Positions 63,496 to 64,000 of a stretch of 64,000 bases of DNA are shown here, piece by piece; the stretch's first letter is position 1; each line of letters starts with the position of its first letter. Origin of the DNA: Eledone cirrhosa (Eukaryota); NCBI GenBank assembly GCA_964016885.1, contig OZ024762.1:3658001-3722000 (forward strand), written 5' to 3'. Under the pieces are notes generated by a model. That model had not been told where the DNA came from. It worked only from the letters and a program-made list of their open reading frames with translations, and made no database searches. The translations under genes were made by a program, and so were the position numbers.

Positions 63496-64000
63496 TATAT
63501 ATATATATATATATATACATATATATTACTCAGCCCAGCGAGGCATTAGAGCCACTAAAATGCAAGGGTTACTGAGATGAGAGAAGGACAAGACAAAGAG
63601 AACATAAAACAAGGAGAGATAACAATTGATATAGTTTATGAAATATATATGTGCTAAACCCATGCTAGCATGGAAGATAGACGTATGATGATGATGATGA
63701 TGATATGTTTATCGTATATCAAAGATTTTTTATATCCTGGCTGATATTTGATAATATATTATGTTAACCTTCATAGTAAATATTTTTTGACATCACTTTT
63801 TCTCCACATCATCATCACCGTTTTACGTCGATGTCTCCATGCTAGTATGGGTTAGACAGGTTGTCCTGTTGTGGGCAATGCCAAGTCAGATGACCATGTC
63901 TTGCTCATACAGGACTGATTTTGGCTCGGTTTCTACAGCTGGATGCTCTTCCTAACACCAACCTCATTTACAGTAAGTACTGGGTGCTTTTTTACCATGC

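Overview
Eukaryotic, very repeat-rich genomic DNA. The SINE repertoire and huge (TA)n/(TG)n tracts resemble octopus/coleoid cephalopod genomes, which is an inference. The only host gene I can support is the 5' end of nicotinate phosphoribosyltransferase (NAPRT) on the minus strand. Its first coding exon (6821-6695) splices in phase to an exon running off the left edge (40-1), giving ...[22 protein letters not shown]. The rest is transposon debris and simple repeats: at least three SINE families, RTE-type LINE fragments, Penelope-like element (PLE) RT and GIY-YIG fragments, a 6-kb cluster of CRE-clade restriction-like-endonuclease retroelement ends, Helitrons, piggyBac/Tc1/hAT/pogo-type MITEs, a 5.3-kb (GGT)n array and several minisatellites. 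The most striking hidden structure is about ten type-I hammerhead ribozyme motifs, two with apparently intact cores. They sit in several short repeat families that lie inside (TA)n tracts and often carry fold-back inverted duplications, consistent with non-autonomous PLE/retrozyme-like modules. Almost all ORFs in the supplied track are microsatellite artefacts. Coordinates were read by eye and repeat boundaries are approximate.
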